A stretch of 64,000 nt of DNA, taken from the NCBI GenBank assembly GCA_964016885.1, contig OZ024759.1, positions 19,096,001 through 19,160,000 on the forward strand. Reading direction: 5' to 3'. The stretch comes from Eledone cirrhosa (taxonomy: Eukaryota). Under the pieces are notes generated by a model. That model had not been told where the DNA came from. It saw nothing but the letters and a program-made list of their open reading frames with translations, and did no database searches. Made by a program: the position numbers and the translations under genes. Each line of letters opens with the position of its first letter. The stretch's first letter is position 1. Below, piece by piece: positions 52,112 through 64,000 of this stretch.

Positions 52112-52759
52112 TTCAAATGCAGACGGGTGCTATAGAAGTAGTTGATAGCTTCCGATACCTAGGAGATCAGATTAGCATGGGAGGGGGGTGTTCCGAGGCC
52201 ATAGTATCTAGAATAAGGACGGGTTGGAAGAAGTTTAGGGAGCTGCTTCCTCTGCTGATGAAGAAGGGTTTATCCCTGCGTACGATAGGCCGGTTATATG
52301 ATGCCTGTGTGAGGAGCGCGATGCTGCATGGTAGTGAGACATGGGCAACAACTGCAGAAGATATGCGACGGCTGGAGAGAAATGAGGCAAGCATGCTATG
52401 TTGGATGTGCAATGTCAATGTGTGTGAACAACCCAACATGGATGTGTTGAGAGAGAAACTGTGTCTGAGAGGGATAGAATGTAGTGTGTGAGAGAGGAGA
52501 CTGCGGTGGTATGGACATGTGATACGCATGGAGGATGGCCGATGGGTGAAGAAGTGCCAGGAAATGCCAGTTGAAGGAAGACGTGGTAGAGGTAGACCAC
52601 AAAAAACATGGGCGGAGGTGGTGAGAACAGACCTCAGATCGCTGAAGCTCACGGTAGAGATGACAAACGACCGTGACAAGTGGAGAGATGCTGTGCTGAA
52701 TAAGACCCGTCCCACCCTAGCAAGCAGGGAAAAGCGGACTTAAAATGATGACGATGATG
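52112..52759 (+). mobile_element. RTE LINE 3' part (one in-frame stop); partner of SINE family 2
   Basis: VVDSFRYLGD..LHGSETW..*ERRLRWYGHVIRM..RGRGRPQKTW..DRDKWR; (GAT)n tail. Confidence 0.92.
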
Positions 52760-53667
52760 CTGTACATCTATGATTCTCATCGAGGGGGAAAACGTGACAT
52801 TGGTGGGTCCTGAATTCTTATCCAACCATTAATTTGAAGCAAATGAGCCACGGACCGGTACCTGTCCACAGCTCGGTGGTTGAGGACCTCTGATATAGAC
52901 CACTAACACTAGGAAGTATGTCATGACAACAGAAAAGTACTTCTAAATCTTTCTTTACAAAGATAATAAAATTATTCTCATTTGGGAAATTATCACTTGC
53001 GTTTTGTTTGGTTTTTTTTTCTAGTTTTTATTAAATTCTCTACAATTAATTCTCCATTTTGGAAATATAAAAAAATATTTTTGAAATTTTTAAGCAATTT
53101 TTAAACAATTAAAAATCTATCTTGTATCCCAAACTTCTCTATCATTAATAAATCAATGTTGAATAATACATTTTTACTTAGGAAATATGTACATGGTTAT
53201 ACACGAATAACAATAATTAAATTAATTGTTTATTTTTGAATATTTATTAATATAATAGATCAATCAATATAATTAGATGGAAAAAAACTCTTATAGAATT
53301 TTTAAAAGATTTTCATCTATTTCCTGATTGGTTTATGATCATATATAGATAATAGTTATTTTCTATTTTAGGAGTTTTTAATCATTATTTAAATATTCTG
53401 TAATTTGAATATTATATACCAGCTGACGCCATGAAAATTCCATGGTTTAATTAGAAAAAAAACGACCAAGCTATTAAAATTGGTATAGTGTTTTATGTGT
53501 TTTATTTATAAGTTATATGTAGGTAAGTAAATAGGTAGGTAGATGTGCAGGTGGTTAGGTGGATAGGTGTGTATGGAGGGAGGGAGATAGATTGGTTGGT
53601 AGGAAGATAAATATGTAAGTAGGTAGGTGGAAAGGTGTGTAGGGTTGGAGGGAGATAGATAGGTAAC

Positions 53668-54312
53668 TTTCTTTTTATTTGCCACCAGGACATCAAAAGT
53701 GGGACAAGTACAATGGGGGGAGTTTACAAAACAAGGCGTCCTCAATAAGGAGGAGGCAATAACAAAATATAAAAATAAAATAAAATATAACAAAATAAAA
53801 TTTATAACAAAATCCTCAATAGAGAGGAGGCACCTTGGGGGGTCGCACACACCACCGAGAAAAGTGTGCAACCCTTCTCCTCAGGAGCACAGAGAGGGGG
53901 TGCTCCCTCGTTCCTTCCTCTTTTCCACCTACAGGCTTATGTAAAGAGAAGGCCCATTCACACGGGCCATTCTCGCCACTTTCACCCACCTTTCATAAAA
54001 ACGACTGGGGTGGAGTACCTCTCTCTCCATCCTGATCCTTCTTCCGAAATGATATCGGAAGAAACGGACCAGTTGTTGGCCAGAGAGAAAGGTGTCTGAC
54101 CTCAGTCCTTTCAGACGCGTCCACCATACAACCTCTTTCGCCATGGCTATTACGCACAGAAACACCGCCTCTCCTTCATTTTTGAAGTGGGGAGGCGGCT
54201 TGATCATTACAATAGACTCGGTGGTCAACCGAATCGGTCCCACCCTTGACAGCAGTTGTTCAACATAGCCCCACAGATCGGCTACGCCCGAGCAGTGTAC
54301 CAATGCGTGTGC
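53668..54312 (-). mobile_element. Tx1-like LINE 3' fragment
   Basis: [26 protein letters not shown]..; flanked by (TAGG/TAGA)n on both sides. Confidence 0.88.
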
Positions 54313-54830
54313 AGGTAGATAGATAGGTCGATAGGTAGGTAGGTAGGTAGGTAGGTAGGTAGGTAGGTAGGTAGGCAGAGAGATAGATAGGTAGGTAAGT
54401 AGGTAGGTAGGGAGGTAGGTAGGTAGGTAGGTAATTAGGTAGGTAGGGAGGGAGATAGGTAGATGGGTAGGTAAGTAGGTAGGTAGGGGGTAGGTAGGTA
54501 GGTAGGTAGGTAGGTAGGTAATTAGGTAGGTAGGGAGGGAGATAGGTAGATGGGTAGGTAAGTAGGTAGGTAGGGGGTAGGTAGGTAGGTAGGTAGGTAG
54601 GTAATTAGGTAGGTAGGGAGGGAGATAGGTAGATAGATAGGTAGGTAGGTAGGTAGGTAGGTAGGTAGGCAAATAGATAGATGGGTAGGTAAGTAGGTAG
54701 GTAGGGAGGTAGGTAGGTAGGTAGGTAGGTAATTAGGTAGGTAGGGAGGGAGATAGTTAGATAGATGGGTAGGTAGAGGGGCAGATATATAGATAGGTAG
54801 GTAGATTGGTAGGTAGGTAGGCAGGTAGAT
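54313..54830. repeat. (TAGG)n array with higher-order repeat
   Basis: GTAATTAGGTAGGTAGGGAGGGAGATAG recurs. Confidence 0.95.
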
Positions 54831-55137
54831 ATTCTAGCTACTGTGCCAAATCGCCACCCATCTTGTTCATTAATGTTACACTAAATCTCCCAAAGAATTA
54901 CATTAAGAGTACATGTGTCTGTGGAATAATTATGAAGACGTGTGGCTAAGTGGTTAGGGCATTCATTTCACAATTGCAAGGGATCTGAGTTTGATTCTCA
55001 GATATGGCAGTGAGTTGTGTCATTGAGCCTGAAACATGACCCAACTGGCTGTTCTGTCATAGGCCAATGATTTTGTTTGAAACCATTCACCTCAAGTCCT
55101 AATTTTTCTATTCTGTTCTATTACTTATATATATATA

Positions 55138-55312
55138 ACGACTGAGGTGTGGTACGGAACCAGATGGACTATAACGCACCAGAGTACTCAATACTTAGGG
55201 TAGTAGAGTGGGCAATAGGAAAATGTTTAACCCGTTTCAACGGCTATTTCTGGAGTCCAGAAATAGCCATCGAAACAGCTTGAGTTCTGCCGTCGGGGTT
55301 AAACATTTTCTC
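55138..55312 (-). mobile_element. Family A copy 10 (diverged)
   Basis: Tail plus fold-back centre GGCTATTTCTGGA-G-TCCAGAAATAGCC. Confidence 0.8.
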
Positions 55313-55335
55313 ATATATATATATATATATATATA

Positions 55336-55636
55336 TCATCATTTTCATCATCATCATTTCATTTTATGTCCGCTTTTTCCCTGCTTGCAAGGGTGGGACG
55401 GGAACTGATTCTGGCTTGATTTCTACAGCTGGATGCCCTTCCTAACACCAACCTCATTTACAGTGAGTGGTGGGTGCTTTTTTGCCGTGGCACCTCCACG
55501 ACCACTTTGCAGTGGAGTGATATGGACCCCAGTCCCTATCATCTCATTTCTACAGCTGAGTAAACTGGAGCAATGTGAAATAAAGTGTCTTGCTCAAGGA
55601 AACAACACATCACCCGGTCTGAGAATTGAACTCACA

Positions 55637-55640
<4 letters not shown>
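55336..55640 (-). mobile_element. SINE family 2
   Basis: Near-identical to 45984-46328. Confidence 0.9.
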
Positions 55641-55679
<39 letters not shown>

Positions 55680-55705
55680 CACTACCTCCTTACGGACAAC
55701 TGATG

Positions 55706-56050
55706 CTGCACACCAGGTCAGAACACAGAAGAGCCGAATTCCCACTGTCATCACCTCCATCTCTCTCTATTATGAGCAAATGGGGTCCCATGTGCTGGCC
55801 GCTCCATGGCCCCAGCGGACAAAATGGAGAAGGCGTTCCTCAGAGGATGGTAAGGGAGATGCGCTGGAAGAGCCATTCCATCTCGCGAGGCTCACACCTG
55901 CAGCTAGCCAACTCTGCGCCTATGGTGGTAGGTAAGTAGGCAGGTAGCCCTAGGGCCAAGGATACCAGACGTCTCCACTGCTAGGGACTAGACTGCAAAC
56001 CTATCTGTTTCCAGTTTGAGTGACCTGGTAGATAGTTGCTTCGTTGTTAG
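55706..56050 (-). mobile_element. CRE-like LINE 3' fragment
   Basis: Homologous to ~63060-63400. Confidence 0.85.
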
Positions 56051-56059
56051 GTACAACTA

Positions 56060-56384
56060 TGAGAGGCAGCTGAAAAGTTCATAGGCTGACCAAGATACTC
56101 TCATGGAATGACCAATTGAGGTTTATTTTTCAACATAGTCCCTGGAAACAAACAATAATAAGAAAAATTTAAATTATTGCATGCAAGATTTCATAGCTCT
56201 AGCATCATTCCTTCATAGGCTGACCAAGATAGGCTCATGGAATGACCAAATGTGGTTTAATTTTCAAAATAGTCCTTGGAAGGACATAATGCAGTTATTA
56301 ATAAAGAGGTGAAATTATTGCATGCACGATTTCACAGCTCTAACACCTTCAAAGTCAACCTATGAATTTTTCAGAATACCCTCG
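56060..56384. mobile_element. Mariner-type MITE
   Basis: TIRs homologous to 25297-25502; TA flanks. Confidence 0.8.
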
Positions 56385-57171
56385 TACATGTACAATAGAT
56401 AGCTGTGGATTGAGGAGACATAGGATATAAAACATTTCAGTAATGACTAAGGCATATTGTTTTCTAAAGATCGTAATGTGTGACACGACGTGAATTTGAC
56501 TGCTATTTCTAACAAAGAGAGCAACGTATTATAGGATTACGGCTAGGAAAATACATGTAGTGAGATCTAGTGGCTGAAATGTCATCACCTACAGATATAA
56601 TTAGTGTGACGGGGGGGGAAATCACAGAGGCTGATATTTCTAACAGAGAAGACAGCCTGTTATAGGACAATAGACAATAACGTACCTGTAGTGACCTCTA
56701 GTGGCCGATATGTCATCAGCTAATGATATAATCAAGGGAGGTAATTAACTGTCATATAGGATCTCTACATACAATCTGGATGTTATTTCCAACTTCGATG
56801 TGAACCTGTTATAGACAACGGACAATAAAATAGATGTAGTGACGTCTGGTATCTGAATTATAATCATCTTAAGATATAAACAAAGGACGTAGTCAGTTAT
56901 TACTTAGTTTCTCTTCATTCAAAGAGAGATTTGTTAAAAAGAATGTCTTCGTTATTTATTCGTCTTTCCGAAGCTAACATTTAAATATTTTTCTGCTTTA
57001 ACACTAATAAATCAATAATAAATCGGCTTCAAGGCGGCAGCGTTGTCCTTGAGCAAGACACCTAATTTCACATTGCTCTAGCTCACTCAGCTGGGAAAAG
57101 AAATGAGTTACAATTTGTTCAAGAGGCCAACTGAGGAATATGTGAGCGAATAAGAAAAAAAAAGAGACATT

Positions 57172-60100
57172 CCTCCGGAGTTAAATCTTCTTGTGTCCAC
57201 ACTTATAACTGTTGCTTATGGTGCTGATAGGATTAGCAATATCTTATCAATACTCTCAGTGCTGCGATGTGGACACGCCTATCTTGACCCCGCAGAGTAA
57301 ATAAAGTACCATTAACGTATTTGGGTCAATTTAATCGACTTTCCCCTCTCCGCAAAATTGTTGGCTTTGTGTCTAAATCTAAAACCATTATTTAATATGA
57401 TATCTTTATTTCACAAAGTAATGTGTAATTTAAGGAATATTTGGAGGCTATGTTGTCTAATTTGAGTGACCAGGTAAATGCCTCCCTCGTCGTTGGATAG
57501 AAATACATCTGAAATATATGGTTGTTGTTTAGTCCCAGGTCAGCTCTGATTGAGGAGACATACGATATAAAACATTTCAGTGATGGCCAAGCCACCGTAT
57601 TTTCAAACAGCTTATATAGATCTACATTTTCCAATGTGTCCTTGTTTCTCAAGATAGTAGTGTATAATATGAGATGAATTTGTCTACAGTTTCTGGTAGA
57701 GACAGCAACCCGTTAAACGACTACAATTGAGTGTTTAAAAATATTACAATAACAAATAAAACAATTCCCATTATACAATAAATAGCTGTTGTTTAATTCC
57801 GATGAGACATACAATATAAAATGGCATTACCTAGAGTTATAATCACGTGAGGCATCCAGCTATCATATATAATGACTTTATGCAATTTGACTGAGGTTTC
57901 TAACAGAGATGACAACCTGTTATAGGATAATGGACAATAAAATACATGTAGTGCCCTCTAGTGGCTGATATGTTGTCAACAAATGTTATAATCAAGGGAG
58001 ATAATCAGCTACCACATAGGATCTCTATATCCAATTTGAACAGAGAAGATAACCTATTATAGGACAGTGGGCAATAAAATACATGTAGTGACCTCTAGTG
58101 GCTGATATGTCGTCAATTAATGTTATAATCAAGGGAGATAATCAGTTATCACGTAGGATTTCTTCATTCAAGAAATCGTATGTGTTAAAAGGAATGTCTT
58201 CGTTATTCATTAGACTGTCTCAAGAAATACTTCAGTATTTTTTTGTCTTAACGAATAAATTAATTCTTTCTACTTTTGGCAGAAGGCCAGCAATTACCCC
58301 AGTGCATTACTGGTACTTTATTTTATCGACCCCGTAAGGATGAGAGGAAAGTTAACCTCAATGTTTAATTGTCAGTGGTAGCGTTGTGTACTTGAGCGAG
58401 ACACCTTATTTGGCATTGCTCTAGTTCACTCAGCTGGGAAAAGAAATGAGTCTTACGATTCGTTTAAAGGGCCAGCCTTGTCTCGCAGAATCTCCCTGAG
58501 AATTAGATTAAGGGGACATGTGTCCTCGGACGTCTTGTGATGGCGTGTGGCTTACTGGTTACGGCGTTTAGCTCATGTTCGTAGAGTCGAGAATTCGATT
58601 TTCGTACCGATCGGTGTGTTGTGTTCTTCAACAAGACACTTTATTTCTCGTTCCAATCAACTTGGTTAGAGGAAAATGAGGTGTACCTGTAATTCAAAGG
58701 ACCCAGATGAATCTCTTTAAGAATTACGTTAAAGCTACAGGCTTTGATCGTGCATTTTGATGCGTTGTATTTCTAAGGTTGTTAGCAATAGTTAATTGTA
58801 TTTATTATATGTTAACTTTGCCTTTCATCCTTACGGGGTCGATAAAATAAAGTACCAGTAATGTACTGGGTAATTGCTGGCCTTGTGCCTAAAGTAGAAA
58901 CAATTATGTTTTATATTTTATTAAGACATAACAATATTACAAATAAAAAAGAGAAATGGAAAGGAAAAAACACACACAAGCAGGTATTACATACATCTAA
59001 GACCACAAACAACAAAAGGGAGGCGTTTGAGGGAGTCGAGCCACTAACTGCGAAGTTCTTGTCTTCACTGGCAGCTCGCTTAACCGGGGTAACTTGTGAT
59101 GTTCGTAAGGGTAATTGGCTGTTCTAGCGCATCAGCCTCGCTATACCCGAGGTAACGCTGCCATCATGCTGGCTTACCTAATGAATTAATCGAGAGGTTT
59201 CCCAGTGTTCCACGCGATATTCTTAACTTTTGCTTTGGCAGCGGTTCGTTTGTCCACACCTTTTGCCTGCCTTTTATATTTTCATTCTGAAAGTATTGGG
59301 AACAATTAATTATATAAGTGTGAATAAAATGTTTAATAAACAATAAAAAAAGAAAAATTCTCGAGATGGCTCATCCGCTGTCCGAGCAACTAAAACGTTC
59401 TTCTTCGAAACCGACAGACATTTAATAATCCTCCACGTCCCATACGTTTTCCGGGGTGAAAAGGTCGATTGCGAGCATCTTGGAGATCGGATTAGTTGAT
59501 AGCGCACGAAAGAAAGAAAAAAAACTTCCATGAGGACGGTTGGTCTCGCTTGGGTATCCAACCGAATCAATTGGAGACGATTGCTTCTGGCAGGACTCGT
59601 TGGAAGGCATATTTAAGGTCTCTCCGGAGTAAATCTTATTGTGTCCACACTTATAACTGTTGCTTGTTGTGGTGATAGGATTAGCAGTATCTTATCAATA
59701 CTCATAGGGCCGCGGCGTGGACGTTCCTATCATGACCCCCACGGAGTAAATAAAGCACCAGTAACGTATTTGGGTCGATTTAATCGACTTTCCCCTTCCA
59801 CGCAAAGTTGTTGACTTTGCGTCTAAATCAAAAACCTTTATTTAATATGTTATCTTTATTTCAAAAAGTAATGTGTAATTTAAGGAATATTTGGAGGCTA
59901 TGTTGTCTAATTTGAGTGACCAAGTAGATGCATCCCTCGTAGAAATACATATGCAATGTATGGTTGTTGTTTAGTCCCAGGTCAGCCCTGATTGAGGAGG
60001 CATACGATATAAAACATTTCAGTGATGGCCAAGCCACCGTATTTTCAAACATAGCTTATATAGATCTACATTTTCCAATGTGTCCTTGTTTCTCAAGATA

Positions 60101-60820
60101 GTAGTGTATAATATGAGATGAATTTGTCTACATTTTCTGGTAGAGACGGCAACCCGTTAAAAGACTACAATTGAGTGTTAAAAAAATATTAAAGAAATAT
60201 ATATATAACAAATAAAAAGAAATTCCCAATATACAATAAATAGCTGTTGTTTAATTCCAGATGAGACATACAATATAAAATAGCATCACCTAGAGTTATA
60301 ATCAAGTAAGACATCCAGCTACACATATAGAAGGATTTTATGCAATTTGACTGAGGTTTCTAACAGAGATGACAACCTGTTATAGGATAATGGACAATAA
60401 AATACATGTAGTGTCCTCTAGTGGCTGATATGTTGTCAACAAATGATATAATCAAGGGAGATAATCAGCTATCACATAGGATCTCTATATGCAATTTGGC
60501 TGTTGTTTCTAACAGAGAAGATTACCTATTATAGGACAGTGGGCAATAAAATACATGTAGTGACCTCTAGTGGCTGATATGTCGTCAATTAATGTTATAA
60601 TCAAAGTAGATAATCAGTTATCATATAGGATCTCTTTGTTCAAGAAATCGTATGTGTTAAAAAGAATGTCTTCGTTATTCATTAGACTTTCTCAAACACT
60701 TCAGTCTTTTTTTGCCTTAACAAATAAATTAATCTTTAATTGTCAGTGGTTGCTTTGTTTCCTTGAGCGAGACACTTTACCTTACATTGCTCCAGTCTGC
60801 TCAGATGGAAAATGAGTTTC
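57172..60820 (+). repeat. Direct duplication ~57172-58450 / ~59622-60820, with 120-150 bp sub-repeats
   Basis: Collinear matches from CTCCGGAGT(T)AAATC onward; motif AAATACATGTAGTGACCTCTAGTGGC repeated about 8 times over 56.5-61.8 kb. Confidence 0.9.
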
Positions 60821-61479
60821 ACCTTTACTCGAAAGAGCTCAGTTACTTATATGTTAATTTCATGTGTTGGCTGTACTGTTGTTCAAACAACTGGGTCATT
60901 CGCCGTCAGTACCGACGGTGGTCCCACAACAACAACAATAACACGATAACTTCTCATCGTTTCCGATGCTTCCTGCGATGAACGTCAGATAAAATATTGT
61001 TTACGGTTCTCTACGATCTGAGTTCAAAGAAATTAATGAAAAAATAACGGTTGAACAATCCATTATTAGACTTATCAATCGTGACTATCCATTTTTTATA
61101 TATTTATTTTCTTTTTGTTTTTTTAGCTTCTTTTTAAAAGTATATGCAGAACCACATTATCTCATATGTTCTATATATTTCAAGACTTAAGGTGTAATTT
61201 GGGGAAGATTTGGCTGATATTTCTTCCAAATTGAGTGACCAAATAAATGCCACACTAGTTGTTGGATAGAAATATATATACAATAGTTATGTTTTTACTC
61301 TAACACAGGTCAGCCTTGATTGAGGAGACATACGATATAAAACATTTCCGTGATGGCTAAGCTACATTGTACATCATCCAATATTTCATTTTTATTATTA
61401 TTAATCAAGATATTAGGGTGTAATATGGGGTAGATTTGGCTGCTATTTCTGGTAGAGATGGCAACCAGTTAGAGGACTA

Positions 61480-61725
61480 AGTCTAAAGTCTGTCTTAAGC
61501 CAGAAGGGTCATTTGGCCGGTGCTTATCCCGGTCTCATGGCGTGAAGCGACTGAGAGTACAAGACTTCCTCCTGGACAGGACGCCAGTCCATCGCAGGGT
61601 TAAACCTCCAGCTATTGCTGGTACTCATTTTCAGCTGAGCAACGTGAAATGAAGTGTTTTGCTGAAGAACACAACACGCAAGCCAGGAATCTAACCCACG
61701 ACATTATGATCGTAAGTCCAATACC
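61480..61725 (-). mobile_element. V-domain-like SINE with TSD
   Basis: TGCGATGGACTGGCGTCCTGTCCAGG on the minus strand; 12-bp TSD GTTAGAGGACTA at 61468-61479 and 61726-61737. Confidence 0.85.
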
Positions 61726-61800
61726 GTTAGAGGACTACAGCTAACAAAATACATGTAGTGACCTCTAATGGCAGAATGGTATAAAGTACTAATTAACCAA

Positions 61801-63400
61801 TTACCTGAATGATGCCACGTTGGGCGGGCCCGTGAAGACTGTCTGTCACGACCTGCAATCGATGGTTCCTGCTCTGGCGAGAATCGATCTCGAGGTCAAC
61901 TCGTCCAAGCTGGAGGTGGTGAATGTCGACCCCGATGGACAGGGCTTTGCAGTCTCCGTCTCCGACGTGGGATCCATACTCCTCCAGGTACAGGTGATCC
62001 CTAAAGAGGATGTCCTCATCCTCGGGTTATCGATCCTCCCGCCGGCCAGCTGCTCCACCATTAGGTCCAGGCTCCAACGCTCAAGACGCTCACGAGAAGA
62101 CTGGGCATGATTGACGCCCACCCAGCCCTCTTCTTGTTGAGGAACTCCTTTGCCATACCGAAGCTCCTTTATACATTTCGAAGCGCGCCTTGCTACAGCC
62201 GCGCATCTCTCCTTGCTGACCTCGACACTTGTATCCGAACGACAGCTGTGGAGATATGCAACGTCAGTTTGATGACCATGGTTGGCAACAGGCCACCTTA
62301 CCTGTTAGAAATGATGACCTTCGCCTCCAGTCGCCGATCTCGCTGGCTTTGCCGGCGTTTCTTTCGTCCGTAACCTCTTGCCGTGTCCTCATCAACAAGG
62401 CTCTCCAAAACACAATTGTACTCACTGTGATCGAGGACCTTCAGGCTGCCTGCGAGACTTGGAACCGGCTCGGACATAACCCAGTAGACGTCCCTTCTCC
62501 ATTTACGCCTGTTGGCGCCAAATCTCCCCCAGAGCATATGGGATGCCATCCAATGCACCCTAGCTTCAGACAGAATAGCGCGCCAGCTCCGCCTCGCATA
62601 TTTTCGCTCGCCCTCGCAACCCCACAGCGGTGTCTGGCTCAATGCCTTACCCTCCTTTTATACTGGCACACAGCTGGACAATTATAGCCTGCGCATCGGC
62701 GTTTCCCTGAGGCTCGGCCTCCGGATCTGTATGCCACACAAATGTCGCTGCGGATCCACCGTAGAGTCTTTCGGCTTCCACCCGCTTTCTTGTCGCTAGA
62801 GTGCCGGCCACCTTCCACGCCATGCTGCTCTGAACGAGGTCATAAAGCATGGCTTCGATGCTGCAGGCTTCCCCTCCGAGCTCGAGCGGTGAGGCTGGAC
62901 CGAGGGGACGGCAAAAGGCCTAATGTCATGACCATCTTCCCGCTTTGCGGTGGTAAACCCCTCGTTTGAGATGCCACATGCAGCGACACACTCCCCAGCG
63001 GCAACTTGGTGCAGTCTGCGACTAACCCAGGCTCTGCTGCACTTCGGGCTGAGAAGGGTAAACTCTCCAAATATCGGTCGCTCGCCGACAGGTTTGCAGT
63101 CGAGCCCTAAGCAGTGGAGACCTCGGGTGTCCTTGGCTCTAGGGCTACTTCCCTACTCATCCCCATAGGCGCAGAGCTGGCTAGCCACTGGTGTGAGCCT
63201 CACGAGCTGAAATGGCTCTTTCAGTCCATCTCCCTCACCATCCTCCTGGAAAACGCCTTTTCTATCCTGTCCGCTGGGGCCGTGGCGCGGCCAGCACAGG
63301 GGACCCAATTTGCTCATAATAGTGAGAGATAGGGAGGGCGGGAGAAACGGAGGCGATGACAGTGGGTGTTTGGTTCCTCTGTGCTCGGACCTGGTGTACA
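61801..63400 (+). mobile_element. 5'-truncated CRE-clade non-LTR retrotransposon (RT, zinc knuckle, restriction-like endonuclease), pseudogenised
   Basis: YLNDATLGG (YLDD), PKLLYTFRSAP, WQQATLPVR, WLNALP..LRLG..CRCG..HPLSC..RHAALN, DGKRPN..DATC, VETSG, LFQSIS..NAFSI; multiple frameshifts. Confidence 0.88.
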
Positions 63401-64000
63401 TGTGTGTGTAATTTTACACTCTGTCTTAATCAAATTTAAATGTTTATAAATTAACGTTTAGACCGTTGAACAACACATTGATGACAAGCAATGAAGCTGT
63501 GATCAAGCAGTTTCTTTGCCAATTAATCAATTACCTCCCTTTCACCGTAATTTTATCGAATTGATTTTTTTTTTCTTATTATGAATGAATTTCATTCAAG
63601 TTCTAACACCATTACAAATTATTTATAATTCTTTCAGAATGAAAATATACACACAAATATAATATATAATATTTTATTACATAAATATAGCACATAATAT
63701 AAAAGCAAAACGAACGAAAATATTAATTCAACACTGTCAATCGTTCACACACCACAAGGAGTTCCGGAGCTTCCTAATACTTTTTGAGGTAGTGTTACCG
63801 GTGGTGATATTGATGCTAAGATACTGGAACAACCAAGTATCCTCTCAGGTACTCACCAAATACCTCGGTAAAGCGAGCCACCTATAATGACAAAAAATTC
63901 GTTGTCAGCGGCCCAGCTCTCCGAAATATCTCGAATGCTACAGGCTGGAACAAATAGCTTGCCGGTAAGTTCAGATATTTTAGAATTTTATTATATTCGG

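Noticed and set aside
59480-59615. Possible host exon
   Set aside because: LGIQPNQLETIASGRTRWKA looks like a decayed RTE C-terminus, and is too weak to list as a feature

Overview
AT-rich eukaryotic intergenic or intronic DNA, most likely from a coleoid cephalopod (Octopus-like, judged from the tRNA-derived SINE families and the heavy (TA)n load). No intact host gene can be supported, and nearly all listed ORFs are microsatellite read-through. The window holds (TA)n, (TACA)n, (GT)n, (GATA)n and (GGTA)n arrays, dozens of SINEs, and decayed LINEs: Tx1/L1-clade RT at 18.9-21.0 kb, RTE at 49.4 and 52.1 kb, CRE-clade RT plus restriction-like endonuclease at 61.8-63.4 kb, and CR1-like ends. It also holds a mariner remnant and hAT, piggyBac, Tc1 and mariner MITEs. 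The main signal is a set of at least six sequence-unrelated families of short non-coding elements sitting inside (TA)n tracts. Most share one architecture: an inverted fold-back arm, a type-I hammerhead ribozyme (complete or halved), and a 55-110 nt unpaired 3' tail. The tails of families A-D and G carry the same covarying hairpin, CTC-stem-TT(or TC)-GAG. This fits (TA)n-targeting Penelope-like (PLE) or retrozyme-like retroelement termini and suggests a shared RNA recognition signal and a fold-back step during integration. Secondary highlights are an apparently (GATA/GGTA)n-specific Tx1-like LINE and two SINE-LINE tail partnerships visible within the window. All alignments and folds were read by eye.
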